From NCBI GenBank assembly GCA_965219405.1, contig OZ244736.1, positions 1,769,445 through 1,833,444 on the forward strand: a DNA stretch of 64,000 nt, read 5' to 3'. The position numbers and the translations under genes were made by a program. The DNA comes from Dehalococcoidia bacterium (GTDB lineage: Bacteria > Chloroflexota > Dehalococcoidia > UBA6926). Under the pieces are notes generated by a model. That model did not search any database. It saw only the letters and a program-made list of their open reading frames with translations, and was not told the origin of the DNA. Below, piece by piece: positions 17,318-26,579 of the stretch. Position 1 is the first letter of the stretch; each line of letters begins with the position of its first letter.

Positions 17318-20123
17318 CATCGCCCAATCGATCAAGCGTCGGTGTCTGGACATTGGACGTGGGGAGCGCATCAATAAAGGCCGCCCCGTACGCGCGATTC
17401 AACACCCGTGAGTCCAGAACGATGATCACGCCCTGGTCTTTCGTACTCCGAAGCAGTCGTCCAACACCCTGCTTGAAACGCAGTAGCGACCGGGGAATCT
17501 GAAACTCGCTGAAAGCGTTCTCATATGTCTCGCCGCGCGCCGCGATAATTGGGTCGGATGGCACATCAAACGGGAGGCGGGTGACGATGAGCGCCTTCAA
17601 CGCTTCTCCCGGCAAATCGACGCCTTCCCAAAATGCCGCCGCGCCCAGGATGACGACGCCCTTGCGGAGTCGAGCAATTTCCGCCAGCCGATCCGGCGCG
17701 CCATCAATCCCCTGCCCCAGGACGTTGATGCCGCGCTCCCGCAGCTCGGAACTGACCTTCGTGTACGTCTGGCGCAACGAGGCGTGCGAGGTGAACAATG
17801 CCAGCACGCCGCCGCCCGTCGCAGTGGCAACATCGATTATGGCCTGCTGAACGGCCTTGCCATAGGCGTTGTTATTCGGGTCCGGCACGTCAGCAGGAAC
17901 CATTGCCGCCGCCGCATCCTCCGGCCCCAGCGTGAGTCTCACCTGCAACGTTTCCGGTTCTTCAAGTCCCAATCGGTCCGTGATGAATCCAAAGGAATCG
18001 TCCGTCGTGAGCGTCGCGCTGGAGAGGACAATCGATTTGCGGTCAGCGAAGGGGCCGGTTGCGAGGTACGGCGCAACGGACATCGGCGCCCAGTGCAGCG
18101 AGATGCCTCCACGCTGATCACGCGGGGTTTCAAGCCATGTAATGTCATCGTCAAGATCAACATCTCTCATCACGCTCATCAAGCGTGCTCGAAGGTCAGT
18201 GATGCGTCTCACAATATCGTCCACGTCCGTGGACTGGCCTTGCCGCCCCTGTTGAGTCTGCAGTGCCGATCTCAGCCGCGAATCGATCAGATCAGCGACT
18301 ACGGCAAGAGTTGCATCCAGGTCTTCCCATGCTTTCGCGGCCTCACGCCATTCATCCGTTTCCCGGACGCGCTGAATGAGCCGAACCTGGGAATCGCCGC
18401 CGCGATCTGAGCGTGATCCGGCGGCAATGACGCCTATGGCGCTGAAAAACTGACCCGCCCGAGTAGCCGTACTGCGAGCTGCCGCGGCAACCTCAGCGCC
18501 CGCGGCTTCCATCGTCTGAGCCGCTGCTCCGGCGGACGAGCCGGATGAGCTCATCGCCGCGGCAACAATCCGCGGCCTTCCCTCTTCCGAATCTGCTCCA
18601 AGCAAATTGAGCAACTCATTGACTTCGCTGTGAGAGATGCTGCGACCGTAGTGGTCGGTGGCCTCACGTTCAAGGTTGTGCGCCTCATCGAGAATCACGT
18701 GAGGGATTTCACCCAAAACGTTGCCGCCTGAGGAGGAGTCCGCCAGCAGAAGCGCATGATTCGTGATGACAAGATGGGCGGCCTGCGCAGCCCTCCGAGC
18801 CCGACCGATGAAACACAATCCCTCACGCTCATAGGCGCAGTTGCCGTGCCCCTCTTCCGATCCTGCAGACAGGCTTGACCAACGCGCCGCCTCCTGTTCA
18901 CCCATCGGCAGCTCACCCAGATCACCGCTTTCAGTCGATTCGAGCCAGACCATTAGCCGGGTAAAGAACGCGGCCTCGCCGGTCGTCACCTCAAGGCTGC
19001 CGAGCCGCGAGAGCAGCCGCGATATGCACAAGTAGTTTCCCCTACCCTTGAGCACGGCCACTCGTACTTCGTCCGGTGTCAGACCGAGCGCTCGCAGAGC
19101 GACTGGAACATCCTTGGTGGCGAGCTGTTCCTGTAGGCCGCGTGTGGATGTGGCAACGACGACCTGCTCTTCAGCGGCCTCCGCACGCCAGATGGCCGGG
19201 ATCAAATAGCCCAGCGATTTACCCGTCCCGGGCGGGGCTTCCAGGAGGAGTGTCCGATCCGTTTCGTGGATTTCCGCCACTGCCTGTGCCATCTCCAATT
19301 GCTGTGTGCGTGGTTCGTACGAGTCTCCAAGCGCCTGGGCAAGCCCGCCATTGGATTCAAACGCCGCCCCAATGGCCGCCGCTCCATCCTGGGTCGTGGG
19401 CAGTTTCCGCTGACGCGTCTCGGCTTCGACGCTCGGCTTGCCGAGCCTTTCGGTCAGCCGTCGGATAACCCGCTCAGGCCCGTCGCTGGCAATTTCCTGC
19501 TGTTGTGCAGCTAGCTCAAAAACCGGACCTGCTCTCCATTCACCCGGTGCACGATCGGAGAGGGAACGGATCATCGCCAGCGTGGCCGGGTCGAGGGCAA
19601 GAATCATGTCCCAGAACCTGAGAAAGACCTGCGCAGTCGCCTGCGCGTCTGCCAGCGCCCTATGCGGGCTGTCATTGGCGATTCCCATCTCTTCAATGAG
19701 CCATCCGAGAGCATGACTGGCGGCTGACGGCCTCAGGATTCGGGAGAGGTCGAGCGTATCGAACACGGCACCGCTTGGCATTACGCCACTCGCGTTCAGG
19801 AATCCCAGGTCGAACTGATAGTTCTGCCCGACCATCGGCAGGTTACCGATGAATGCGGCAAGCTCGTCCGCAATTTCGGTAAAGGGGGGCGCACCAACGA
19901 GATCAGCGTCCGTGATGCCGGTCAGCACAGAGACGAAATCAGGGAGCACATGACCCGGATTGACGAGTCGTTGGAAGCTATCGACGACCCTGCCTTCTTC
20001 GAGCTTGACCGCGCCAACCTCAATAATACGATCGTTCTCCGCGTTCAGGCCCGTGGTTTCCAGATCAAGCGAGACGAACGTCAGCGGAAATGGTGCGGTG
20101 TCCGACGCGCTTGTGACAGTCAT
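17283..20123 (-). CDS. dinG: bifunctional 3'-5' exonuclease / ATP-dependent helicase DinG
   Basis: 946 aa; N-terminal DnaQ-like DEDDh exonuclease (SLDLETTGLNAENDRIIEVGAV...H...D), then SF2 Fe-S-less DinG helicase motifs (APPGTGKS, DEAH-like VILDEAHNL, C-terminal helicase motifs). Confidence 0.85.
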   Translation of the reverse strand: MTVTSASDTAPFPLTFVSLDLETTGLNAENDRIIEVGAVKLEEGRVVDSFQRLVNPGHVLPDFVSVLTGITDADLVGAPPFTEIADELAAFIGNLPMVGQNYQFDLGFLNASGVMPSGAVFDTLDLSRILRPSAASHALGWLIEEMGIANDSPHRALADAQATAQVFLRFWDMILALDPATLAMIRSLSDRAPGEWRAGPVFELAAQQQEIASDGPERVIRRLTERLGKPSVEAETRQRKLPTTQDGAAAIGAAFESNGGLAQALGDSYEPRTQQLEMAQAVAEIHETDRTLLLEAPPGTGKSLGYLIPAIWRAEAAEEQVVVATSTRGLQEQLATKDVPVALRALGLTPDEVRVAVLKGRGNYLCISRLLSRLGSLEVTTGEAAFFTRLMVWLESTESGDLGELPMGEQEAARWSSLSAGSEEGHGNCAYEREGLCFIGRARRAAQAAHLVITNHALLLADSSSGGNVLGEIPHVILDEAHNLEREATDHYGRSISHSEVNELLNLLGADSEEGRPRIVAAAMSSSGSSAGAAAQTMEAAGAEVAAAARSTATRAGQFFSAIGVIAAGSRSDRGGDSQVRLIQRVRETDEWREAAKAWEDLDATLAVVADLIDSRLRSALQTQQGRQGQSTDVDDIVRRITDLRARLMSVMRDVDLDDDITWLETPRDQRGGISLHWAPMSVAPYLATGPFADRKSIVLSSATLTTDDSFGFITDRLGLEEPETLQVRLTLGPEDAAAAMVPADVPDPNNNAYGKAVQQAIIDVATATGGGVLALFTSHASLRQTYTKVSSELRERGINVLGQGIDGAPDRLAEIARLRKGVVILGAAAFWEGVDLPGEALKALIVTRLPFDVPSDPIIAARGETYENAFSEFQIPRSLLRFKQGVGRLLRSTKDQGVIIVLDSRVLNRAYGAAFIDALPTSNVQTPTLDRLGDEVRDWFNTDGE

Positions 20124-20821
20124 CTCACGCCTACCACAGGAAGATCGGCGGCTCGCTCGTCCCAGTAAGAAATATCGCTGCCTTTGAGCAGAGAGCCGGT
20201 GGGGTAATAGCGGCCCTCGCGGATTTCCTCAATGAACTCCTCGACGTTGGAGATATGCCGTTCTGTCACGATAGCCCCGGAGCCAATGCCGGACGTGGAA
20301 TGGACATCCCCGCCGCCGACGCCCGTACGCCCGAGCACCCGGGCAACCTGCAGCGCAAAGAGGTTCTCCTGTGCATTATTCGCTCCGTTCACGACCTCCA
20401 TCTCATCAGTCAGCTTGAAGATGGGGAGATCGGCCGCTTCCTCAACGGTGTACATCTGTGGCCAGCCATTGATGCGAGGATCATCGAACAAGCGGCGAAA
20501 GGGGTGTGCCGCGATCATGATGCCGTCCGAAGCCTGCACGACTCTCCGCAGGATCTCCGCGCGGTGAATGCCTGACGAATATCCCCTCAGTCCGAAGCAG
20601 GTAATGTGACCCAGGTCCGTGGCAACTTCCATGCCGGGAATGACGAGGAAGTCATGTTCGGCGGAGAATCGCTCAAGCTGATAGGTGTCCCAGACGGTGC
20701 CGTGTTCGGTAACGCACACACCGTCCAGTCCGACGGCCTTTGCAGCCGTCACGAGGTCCTGAGGCGAGAGGCCGCTATCGGATGAGCCAAAGCTTGTGTG
20801 TACGTGGAGATCCAATTTCAT
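20120..20821 (-). CDS. PHP-domain metal-dependent phosphoesterase
   Basis: MKLDLHVHTSFGSSD...CVTEHG...AAHP His/Asp metal ligands of the PHP family; 4-nt overlap with dinG. Confidence 0.75.
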   Translation of the reverse strand: MKLDLHVHTSFGSSDSGLSPQDLVTAAKAVGLDGVCVTEHGTVWDTYQLERFSAEHDFLVIPGMEVATDLGHITCFGLRGYSSGIHRAEILRRVVQASDGIMIAAHPFRRLFDDPRINGWPQMYTVEEAADLPIFKLTDEMEVVNGANNAQENLFALQVARVLGRTGVGGGDVHSTSGIGSGAIVTERHISNVEEFIEEIREGRYYPTGSLLKGSDISYWDERAADLPVVGVR

Positions 20822-20931
20822 GATGAGATTTCAGCCCTTGCATTCTACAGGAACGCTGCGACTGTAAGCGAACAGGAGGGTCGCCTCTCAAGGGAGGGCG
20901 ATCCTCCTGACTCGGGGCAGGGTTCAGTCTT

Positions 20932-21267
20932 TTGAGCAGAATGCAGACACTGGGGCGCAACGTGGTCGAATCGAGTAGGCTGTACGTGACAGAGGCGCTC
21001 TCGCGGGAGGCTCGGATGTATCGCATTACGATTTCGACAAAGGAACACGGAACGATCCTTGACCAGGATCTGATGGGCTTCGTGCTGATCCGAAAGATGC
21101 TGTGCGAACACGAGGATCCCACGCACGAGCCGGTGATGAGCATGGAATCACGCGGCGTGAACGGCTATGAGCAGATTGGACTGCTTGAGTGGGCCAAGGC
21201 CGTGACGACGGCGGACATGGTGGCGGACATGGAAGAGGGCCCCGGTCTGGCTGACTACCCGAGTTAG
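20932..21267 (+). CDS. hypothetical protein
   Basis: 111-aa ORF with reasonable codon usage between the PHP gene and tRNA-Glu; no recognisable motif. Confidence 0.3.
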   Translation: MSRMQTLGRNVVESSRLYVTEALSREARMYRITISTKEHGTILDQDLMGFVLIRKMLCEHEDPTHEPVMSMESRGVNGYEQIGLLEWAKAVTTADMVADMEEGPGLADYPS

Positions 21268-21281
21268 TGCACTGTACGCGT

Positions 21282-21357
21282 TGGTGCCCCCAAGGGGACT
21301 CGAACCCCTGTCGGCGGCTTGAAGGGCCGCAGTCCTAGGCCACTAGACGATGGGGGC
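21282..21357 (-). tRNA. tRNA-Glu(TTC)
   Basis: Minus-strand sequence GCCCCCATCGTCTAGTGGCCTAGGACTGCGGCCCTTCAAGCCGCCGACAGGGGTTCGAGTCCCCTTGGGGGCACCA folds as a cloverleaf with anticodon loop CCTTCAA and CCA encoded; close to E. coli tRNA-Glu. Confidence 0.85.
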
Positions 21358-21451
21358 ATGACACCTTCGTCTCTTCCACTATAGACGTAACACGTCGTGC
21401 CGCGTCATCCGCTGCCCCTGACTTCCTTGCGGCATCCCTGATAATGGATGC

Positions 21452-22105
21452 ATGAAGAATCGACCCATAACGGTCTTTCTGAACTCCCTGGGCATCTCCG
21501 GCGCGGAGCAGCAAACCGTTGCGCGCACCGTCCTGGAGGATGAAGGGTTCACGCGCGCCGGAAGAACCAACATGGCAGTCCACAAGGAACAGGACGCTGA
21601 GGACGCCCTGGAGGCGCGGCTGGCATTCCATTGCACGAACCAGGATTGCCGGGAGACGCTGGATGAACGGGAGCTTCAAGTCTCTGAGCCCCGCGCGCTC
21701 GTCCTAGTGGAGCGGGACGCCTGCGAGGTGTGCGGCGGTTCAGCCGATCGGCGCGCTTTGAATAAGATGGCCGCAGCCATGAGCGGAGCCGGACTCTCTC
21801 GCGCAGTCGTGGTTGGCGGCACCAATCCAAAGTGGGCACGCATACGTCAGATCACGCCTCGAGCGGTTGAGTGGCGGTTCGTCAACGGGCTTGGCAATTC
21901 CAATCAGCGAGATGCCGCAAGCGATCTGAAATGGGGCGACGTCATCCTGATTTGGGCGGGCACTCCCGCTCAACACCGTGTAACGAATCTCTACTCGGGA
22001 CCGCGCACGATTACGGTGCCGACAACAGGGATCGCCGCCCTGGCACGGGAAGCCGCCAGGTTCGCGCGAGGTCGGGGCGAGCGGAGCGGCAACGCGACCA
22101 GCTGA
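21452..22105 (+). CDS. hypothetical protein with Cys4 zinc-ribbon
   Basis: 217 aa; HCTNQDC...CEVCGG cysteine pairs; conserved-looking C-terminal domain of unknown function. Confidence 0.4.
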   Translation: MKNRPITVFLNSLGISGAEQQTVARTVLEDEGFTRAGRTNMAVHKEQDAEDALEARLAFHCTNQDCRETLDERELQVSEPRALVLVERDACEVCGGSADRRALNKMAAAMSGAGLSRAVVVGGTNPKWARIRQITPRAVEWRFVNGLGNSNQRDAASDLKWGDVILIWAGTPAQHRVTNLYSGPRTITVPTTGIAALAREAARFARGRGERSGNATS

Positions 22106-22125
22106 TCTTGCGCACCTACAATCAG

Positions 22126-22722
22126 TCAGCGGAAGTAGGCCTGATCCCCTACCGCGAACCCAAGTGACTCCGCAAGGTCGGCGTTAATCTCCAGTGCGTA
22201 CTGCGCCGGCGCGGCGCTCGGATAATTCCTCAGCTGAGAATCCGGAACGCCCGGCTGCGGGATCATTGTCTGGATGTCCACAACAACTCCGGCCGAATCC
22301 ATATAGAGGATGTCCAGCGGAATCAGGGTGTTTTTCATCCAGAAGTTGAGGGGTGATTCCGCCGAGAAGACGAATAGCATTCCCGCGTTTTCCGCTAGGC
22401 TTTCGCGGTGCATCAGGCCGCGCGCCCGCTCAGTCGGCGTGGCCGCGATTTCCAGTACAAAGACATGACCTTTGAGGGACATCCGACGGACGGATGCCGG
22501 ATAATCTACATCCTCAATGATCACGAATCCTTCCTCAAGCAGTGACGCTGTGGGAATTGGAGAAGGCGTCACGGTGGGTGTTGGCGGGAGAACGACAGCA
22601 CTTGGAGGCTGCGGAGCGGAAGACGGTGCAGACGCCGAAAAGCCGGAGGAGGTACACGCCCCAAGAGTGAACACAACAAACATCCCAATGACGCCAAGGA
22701 CGGTAAGTGAACGAATACCCAT
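22126..22722 (-). CDS. DUF192-family lipoprotein
   Basis: Signal peptide with lipobox LGAC, Pro/Thr/Ser-rich linker, C-terminal GMLFVF...PL..W...LIPLDILYMD core like DUF192/COG1430. Confidence 0.5.
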   Translation of the reverse strand: MGIRSLTVLGVIGMFVVFTLGACTSSGFSASAPSSAPQPPSAVVLPPTPTVTPSPIPTASLLEEGFVIIEDVDYPASVRRMSLKGHVFVLEIAATPTERARGLMHRESLAENAGMLFVFSAESPLNFWMKNTLIPLDILYMDSAGVVVDIQTMIPQPGVPDSQLRNYPSAAPAQYALEINADLAESLGFAVGDQAYFR

Positions 22723-22802
22723 TCAGCCAAGGATACAGGACGTATTTGGTAGAATTGAATCAGCGTTCATCCACGCATATCCCGATTGGGGAGATGTTTC
22801 AA

Positions 22803-22877
22803 GCCAGCGTAGCTCAGGGGTAGAGCAGCGGTTTCGTAAACCGCAGGCCATCGGTTCAAATCCGATCGCTGGCTCCA
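22803..22877 (+). tRNA. tRNA-Thr(CGT)
   Basis: GCCAGCGTAGCTCAGGGGTAGAGCAGCGGTTTCGTAAACCGCAGGCCATCGGTTCAAATCCGATCGCTGGCTCCA, anticodon loop TTCGTAA, CCA encoded. Confidence 0.85.
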
Positions 22878-23256
22878 CACAACAGAGAGAATGAGCCGCG
22901 GTGTACGCGCGGCTCGTCAGTCTTGGTCCTCCCGGGAGATCAAGCGGGCGGCCTCATAGGCCCTGGGAACGCGTTCTGTCCTGAGGTCTCCGGAGCAGCC
23001 AGAGCATCCCTTCCCGTCCTCTACACTATCGTGCGGGGATTAATAACCAGAACATGACGTGTATGAATTCAGTTAGGATTTTTTCGGGCGAATTCAGCGG
23101 TCATTCTTGCCCAACTCTTCTCAATAGCCATGAGCCAATTGCTATGTCTTCAAGCCCCGTTCGTTGCAGTCCATCCCAGTCAAACAGGGCATATGCTAGA
23201 GTACGTCCTTAGCTAGTGACTGTGCTTGCCACTCACATCAGCGTGGTTGATGGGAC

Positions 23257-24147
23257 TTGTTCATATTTGAACACAAGGGGGGTGGATCGTTGAGTATGGA
23301 TAACAGTGGTATGGAAGAAGCCACCGATAGAAAAGCGGCAGTAGAGGAGAGGCAATCCAGCACGAAACATGGGGTTTCGTATGTGGAGGAGCACATACGG
23401 AAACATATCATGGACGGGTTCTTTGAGCTCGTTCCTCTGCTAATTACGATCGGCGCAATTGCATTCCTGGTTGGGTACGCGGACGTCCTGATCCGACCCA
23501 TTATTCAACTGCTGGGGCTGCCGACGCTTGATTTCACAATCGGGGAAATCTCGATCAGTTTGAGCGCTGATTTCTGGGGAGTTGGCGCGATTATTCTTCT
23601 CATTGTTTTCTATTTGGTCGGTGTTCTCCTTTCATTCACCGTTGGCCGCAGGATCATGAACGGCTTCAGCGGCTTTCTGTCCGCGCTGCCTATTGTGAAG
23701 CTGATTTTTGGCATGATGAAGAAAGCAATGACCTCTATCAGGGGCACTCAAACGAATTTCAGTCGTGTTGTCTTTGTTGAGTGGCCCCGGGAAGGAATGA
23801 TGGCGCTCGGTTTTGTTACCGGGCGCATTTATTCGCCAGAGACGAATGCGTCCATGGTGAGCGTTTATATTCCAACGATTCCCAACCCTACCTCCGGCAA
23901 CATGGCCTTCGTGTTTGAGGACGACGTCATCGAGACGAACCTCAATCCCGACGATGCCCTGAGGCTTGTGTTCTCAGGCGGCATCGTACTCCCGGATACT
24001 GTGAATCTTGCTCGTCTTTCCATGGACCTGGAGGAACATCGAGTCTCCGAACTTGTGGGCACATTCAAGACGATATCCGTACCGGCCGCGGGTGATGATC
24101 CAGCTATGCCCGCGGTTTCCAAAAACACCACCGGACCCAAGTCCTAG
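23257..24147 (+). CDS. DUF502-domain membrane protein
   Basis: 2 TM helices then LSALPIVKLIFGMMKK...FVEWPREG motif typical of DUF502/COG2928; gene and upstream spacer have visibly lower GC than surroundings; start may be the MDNSGMEE Met at 23296. Confidence 0.6.
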   Translation: MFIFEHKGGGSLSMDNSGMEEATDRKAAVEERQSSTKHGVSYVEEHIRKHIMDGFFELVPLLITIGAIAFLVGYADVLIRPIIQLLGLPTLDFTIGEISISLSADFWGVGAIILLIVFYLVGVLLSFTVGRRIMNGFSGFLSALPIVKLIFGMMKKAMTSIRGTQTNFSRVVFVEWPREGMMALGFVTGRIYSPETNASMVSVYIPTIPNPTSGNMAFVFEDDVIETNLNPDDALRLVFSGGIVLPDTVNLARLSMDLEEHRVSELVGTFKTISVPAAGDDPAMPAVSKNTTGPKS

Positions 24148-24242
24148 CAAACGGAACGAAACCAACGTATATGGGGGGTGGCGCGCTGGGGGCTATCTTC
24201 CTCTTGATTTACTGACAGCGCCTCATTGAGAAGACCACAGGT

Positions 24243-26579
24243 CTAATCCTCTGCGGCAATCGCGGTCTCCGCCTGTTGGGGAGCATCTCCCTGTGTCTCA
24301 GTCATTTCTTCCGCCATGAGGTCCTTCCCTGATTGCAGTGGAATATCAATGTGCATTTCCGTGAACTCATTCGGTGACGATTCCACCGAGATTGATCCAC
24401 CATGCCGCCGGACGATGTCATTGGATATTGCAAGACCGAGGCCTGTCCCCTTTTCCGGCGGTTTTGTGGTGAAGAATGGATTGAAGATCTTCTCCTTCAC
24501 CTCGTCCGGCATTCCAACCCCGTTGTCACGAATGGTGACGCGTATCTTGTCCTCTTCACGGCGCGTCTTTAGCCATAGCATCGGAGTATAGTCGCCGGTC
24601 TTGCCTTCGGCAGCCAGGTTCTTGCGGCGAAGATCCGTGGCATAGCACGCGTTCGCCACCATATTGAGGAATACGCGGCCCAACTCCTGTGGAATCACGT
24701 CCACCGTCCCGATGTTTGGATCGTAGTCCTCTTCTGTGGTCAGGTTGAAGTCAGCGTCAGTCGCGCGTTGGCTGTGATAGGCGAGGCGGTACTGTTGGTT
24801 GACAAGGATGTTCATATCGACCTGTTCCCACTCGCCGGTATCGCGGCCAATCTGGAGCATGTCATGGACGATGCGATTGGCCCTGTCGCCGTGAGATTTG
24901 ATCCGGCCGAGATTGGCATGGAGGTCACCCACGACTTCGTCGACATAGGAACGCTGATCGTCCGACAGTTCGAATTTTGGATCGTCAAGGATCTCTTTGA
25001 GCTCATCGACGAGTTCCTGGGACGCCTCAGAGAAGTTATTCATGAAATTGAGTGGATTGCGGATTTCGTGGGCGACGCCGGCCGTCAACTCACCCAGCGC
25101 GGCCAGTTTCTCTCTAAGGACGATCTGCCCTTGCGCCTGCCGCAGCTCACCCAAGACTCCCTCAAGTTCCTCATTCTTGTCCTGCACTTCATTTGCGAGC
25201 TGCTCCACGAGGTTCAGCCGTTGAACCTCCAGCGCGTGCCTCCGAAAAACCTCAAGTGCGGACGCCATAACAGCGACTTCATCTTGGCCGCCAATATCGA
25301 CAGATGATTCCAGATCACCCTCAGCCATGCTCTGCATGCGGTTGGATAGAGTATTCAGGCGGCGGAGCAAAATGCGACCGATGAATAGCCAGATCACCAG
25401 CAGCGCCCCAACCACGCTCAGTGCCGTGATTACGACCAAAAGGATCCGCCCAGTGCGTATTGCCTGGTCAGAGGCCGCCGTAGCCGTCACGGTTCCTTCC
25501 TGTGACGCTATAACCAGGCTGTCCACTTCAGCTAACAACTCAATCGAAAGGGCACGGTTACTTTCAAGAAGTTGTCGCTGAGCGCCGGCGATCTGGAGTG
25601 ATTGCAGGACGACATCATAGATTCCGTCCTCGCTTAGGCCCAGGGCAAAGAATTCGTTCAAGATAGGCTGAGCCTGTTCATGAATCTCCGTACCCAAGAG
25701 AAAGTTCATGTTGCGATCGATTCTGCTCGTCGCCGCCTCAAACTCGTCTCTCAAGGAATCCACAAGTCTGGGGTCCGTTGCGGTGAACGCGCTAGCCAAT
25801 TGTTCGCCGCCAATCTTGACTTCCGATTGAATCTCAACAAGGCGCCGATACCTCTCGACCTGCTCCTCCGAAAAATGTTCGAGCCTTTGGGCTTGATTCT
25901 GATCGATGCTGGGAAAGCCCGTCATGATGAAAAAAAACTGGTCGTCTATGGCCGGGACGAGGGCGCCGTCGAGCTCGATCCCAAGATTGGTGAGTTTAAT
26001 TTGGTGAGCGCTGCGCAGATCAATTAATTCAAAGGTGCCATCTGTTTGCGCAGCAATGGAGTCGATGTTTGAGAGAAGGGTGTTTGCGTAATCCCTGATT
26101 ACGCGGATACGCTCAGGGTCAACACCGGGCTGGGCCTCCAGCGCCGCCATCTGGCTCTCGAACTCGTCATAGGCAGAGTCGATTTCCCCAACGACCCGCC
26201 GAAATTCCTGCCTGTTGTCCGCCGCAGTTAGACTTGGCGCGGCGGCGACGAGAGTCTGTCCGTACTGGGCGATACCGAATGCGGACGCCAGTTCCGGCAC
26301 GCTGCCCTCATTTACTTGATCCTGCGCATCGTTAATACTGTTGAACGAGAACCACGCCACCAAGCTGGCCAACAAGGTGAGCATAACTGCGCCGCCGATA
26401 CTGAGATACAGCTGCGTCGCAATGCGAATGCGCCCCAGGATCCTTCCCCGAATCCCGCTCACGGGCGGGGCATGCCATTCGTCTGACTCAGTGTCCTGCC
26501 CGCCACCGTCACCCCGGGCTGACTGTCCTGGACCCCCCGGCAACAATCCGCGAATTGTTCCGACCAACGGAATCTTCAT
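24243..26579 (-). CDS. sensor histidine kinase with large extracytoplasmic sensor domain, HAMP, HisKA and HATPase_c
   Basis: 778 aa; two TM helices bracketing a ~300-aa sensor domain; HisKA H-box LAALGELTAGVAHEIRNPLNFM; N/G1/G2 boxes (NACYAT, DNGVGMP, GTGLGLAI). Confidence 0.85.
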   Translation of the reverse strand: MKIPLVGTIRGLLPGGPGQSARGDGGGQDTESDEWHAPPVSGIRGRILGRIRIATQLYLSIGGAVMLTLLASLVAWFSFNSINDAQDQVNEGSVPELASAFGIAQYGQTLVAAAPSLTAADNRQEFRRVVGEIDSAYDEFESQMAALEAQPGVDPERIRVIRDYANTLLSNIDSIAAQTDGTFELIDLRSAHQIKLTNLGIELDGALVPAIDDQFFFIMTGFPSIDQNQAQRLEHFSEEQVERYRRLVEIQSEVKIGGEQLASAFTATDPRLVDSLRDEFEAATSRIDRNMNFLLGTEIHEQAQPILNEFFALGLSEDGIYDVVLQSLQIAGAQRQLLESNRALSIELLAEVDSLVIASQEGTVTATAASDQAIRTGRILLVVITALSVVGALLVIWLFIGRILLRRLNTLSNRMQSMAEGDLESSVDIGGQDEVAVMASALEVFRRHALEVQRLNLVEQLANEVQDKNEELEGVLGELRQAQGQIVLREKLAALGELTAGVAHEIRNPLNFMNNFSEASQELVDELKEILDDPKFELSDDQRSYVDEVVGDLHANLGRIKSHGDRANRIVHDMLQIGRDTGEWEQVDMNILVNQQYRLAYHSQRATDADFNLTTEEDYDPNIGTVDVIPQELGRVFLNMVANACYATDLRRKNLAAEGKTGDYTPMLWLKTRREEDKIRVTIRDNGVGMPDEVKEKIFNPFFTTKPPEKGTGLGLAISNDIVRRHGGSISVESSPNEFTEMHIDIPLQSGKDLMAEEMTETQGDAPQQAETAIAAED

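Noticed and set aside
22930-23010. SRP (4.5S) RNA-like stretch TCTGTCCTGAGGTCTCCGGAGCAGCCAGAGCA, resembling the E. coli ffs domain IV sequence
   Set aside because: The expected GNRA tetraloop and symmetric internal loop are not formed. CTCCGGAG is a loop-less palindrome. The similarity is too weak without covariance-model support.
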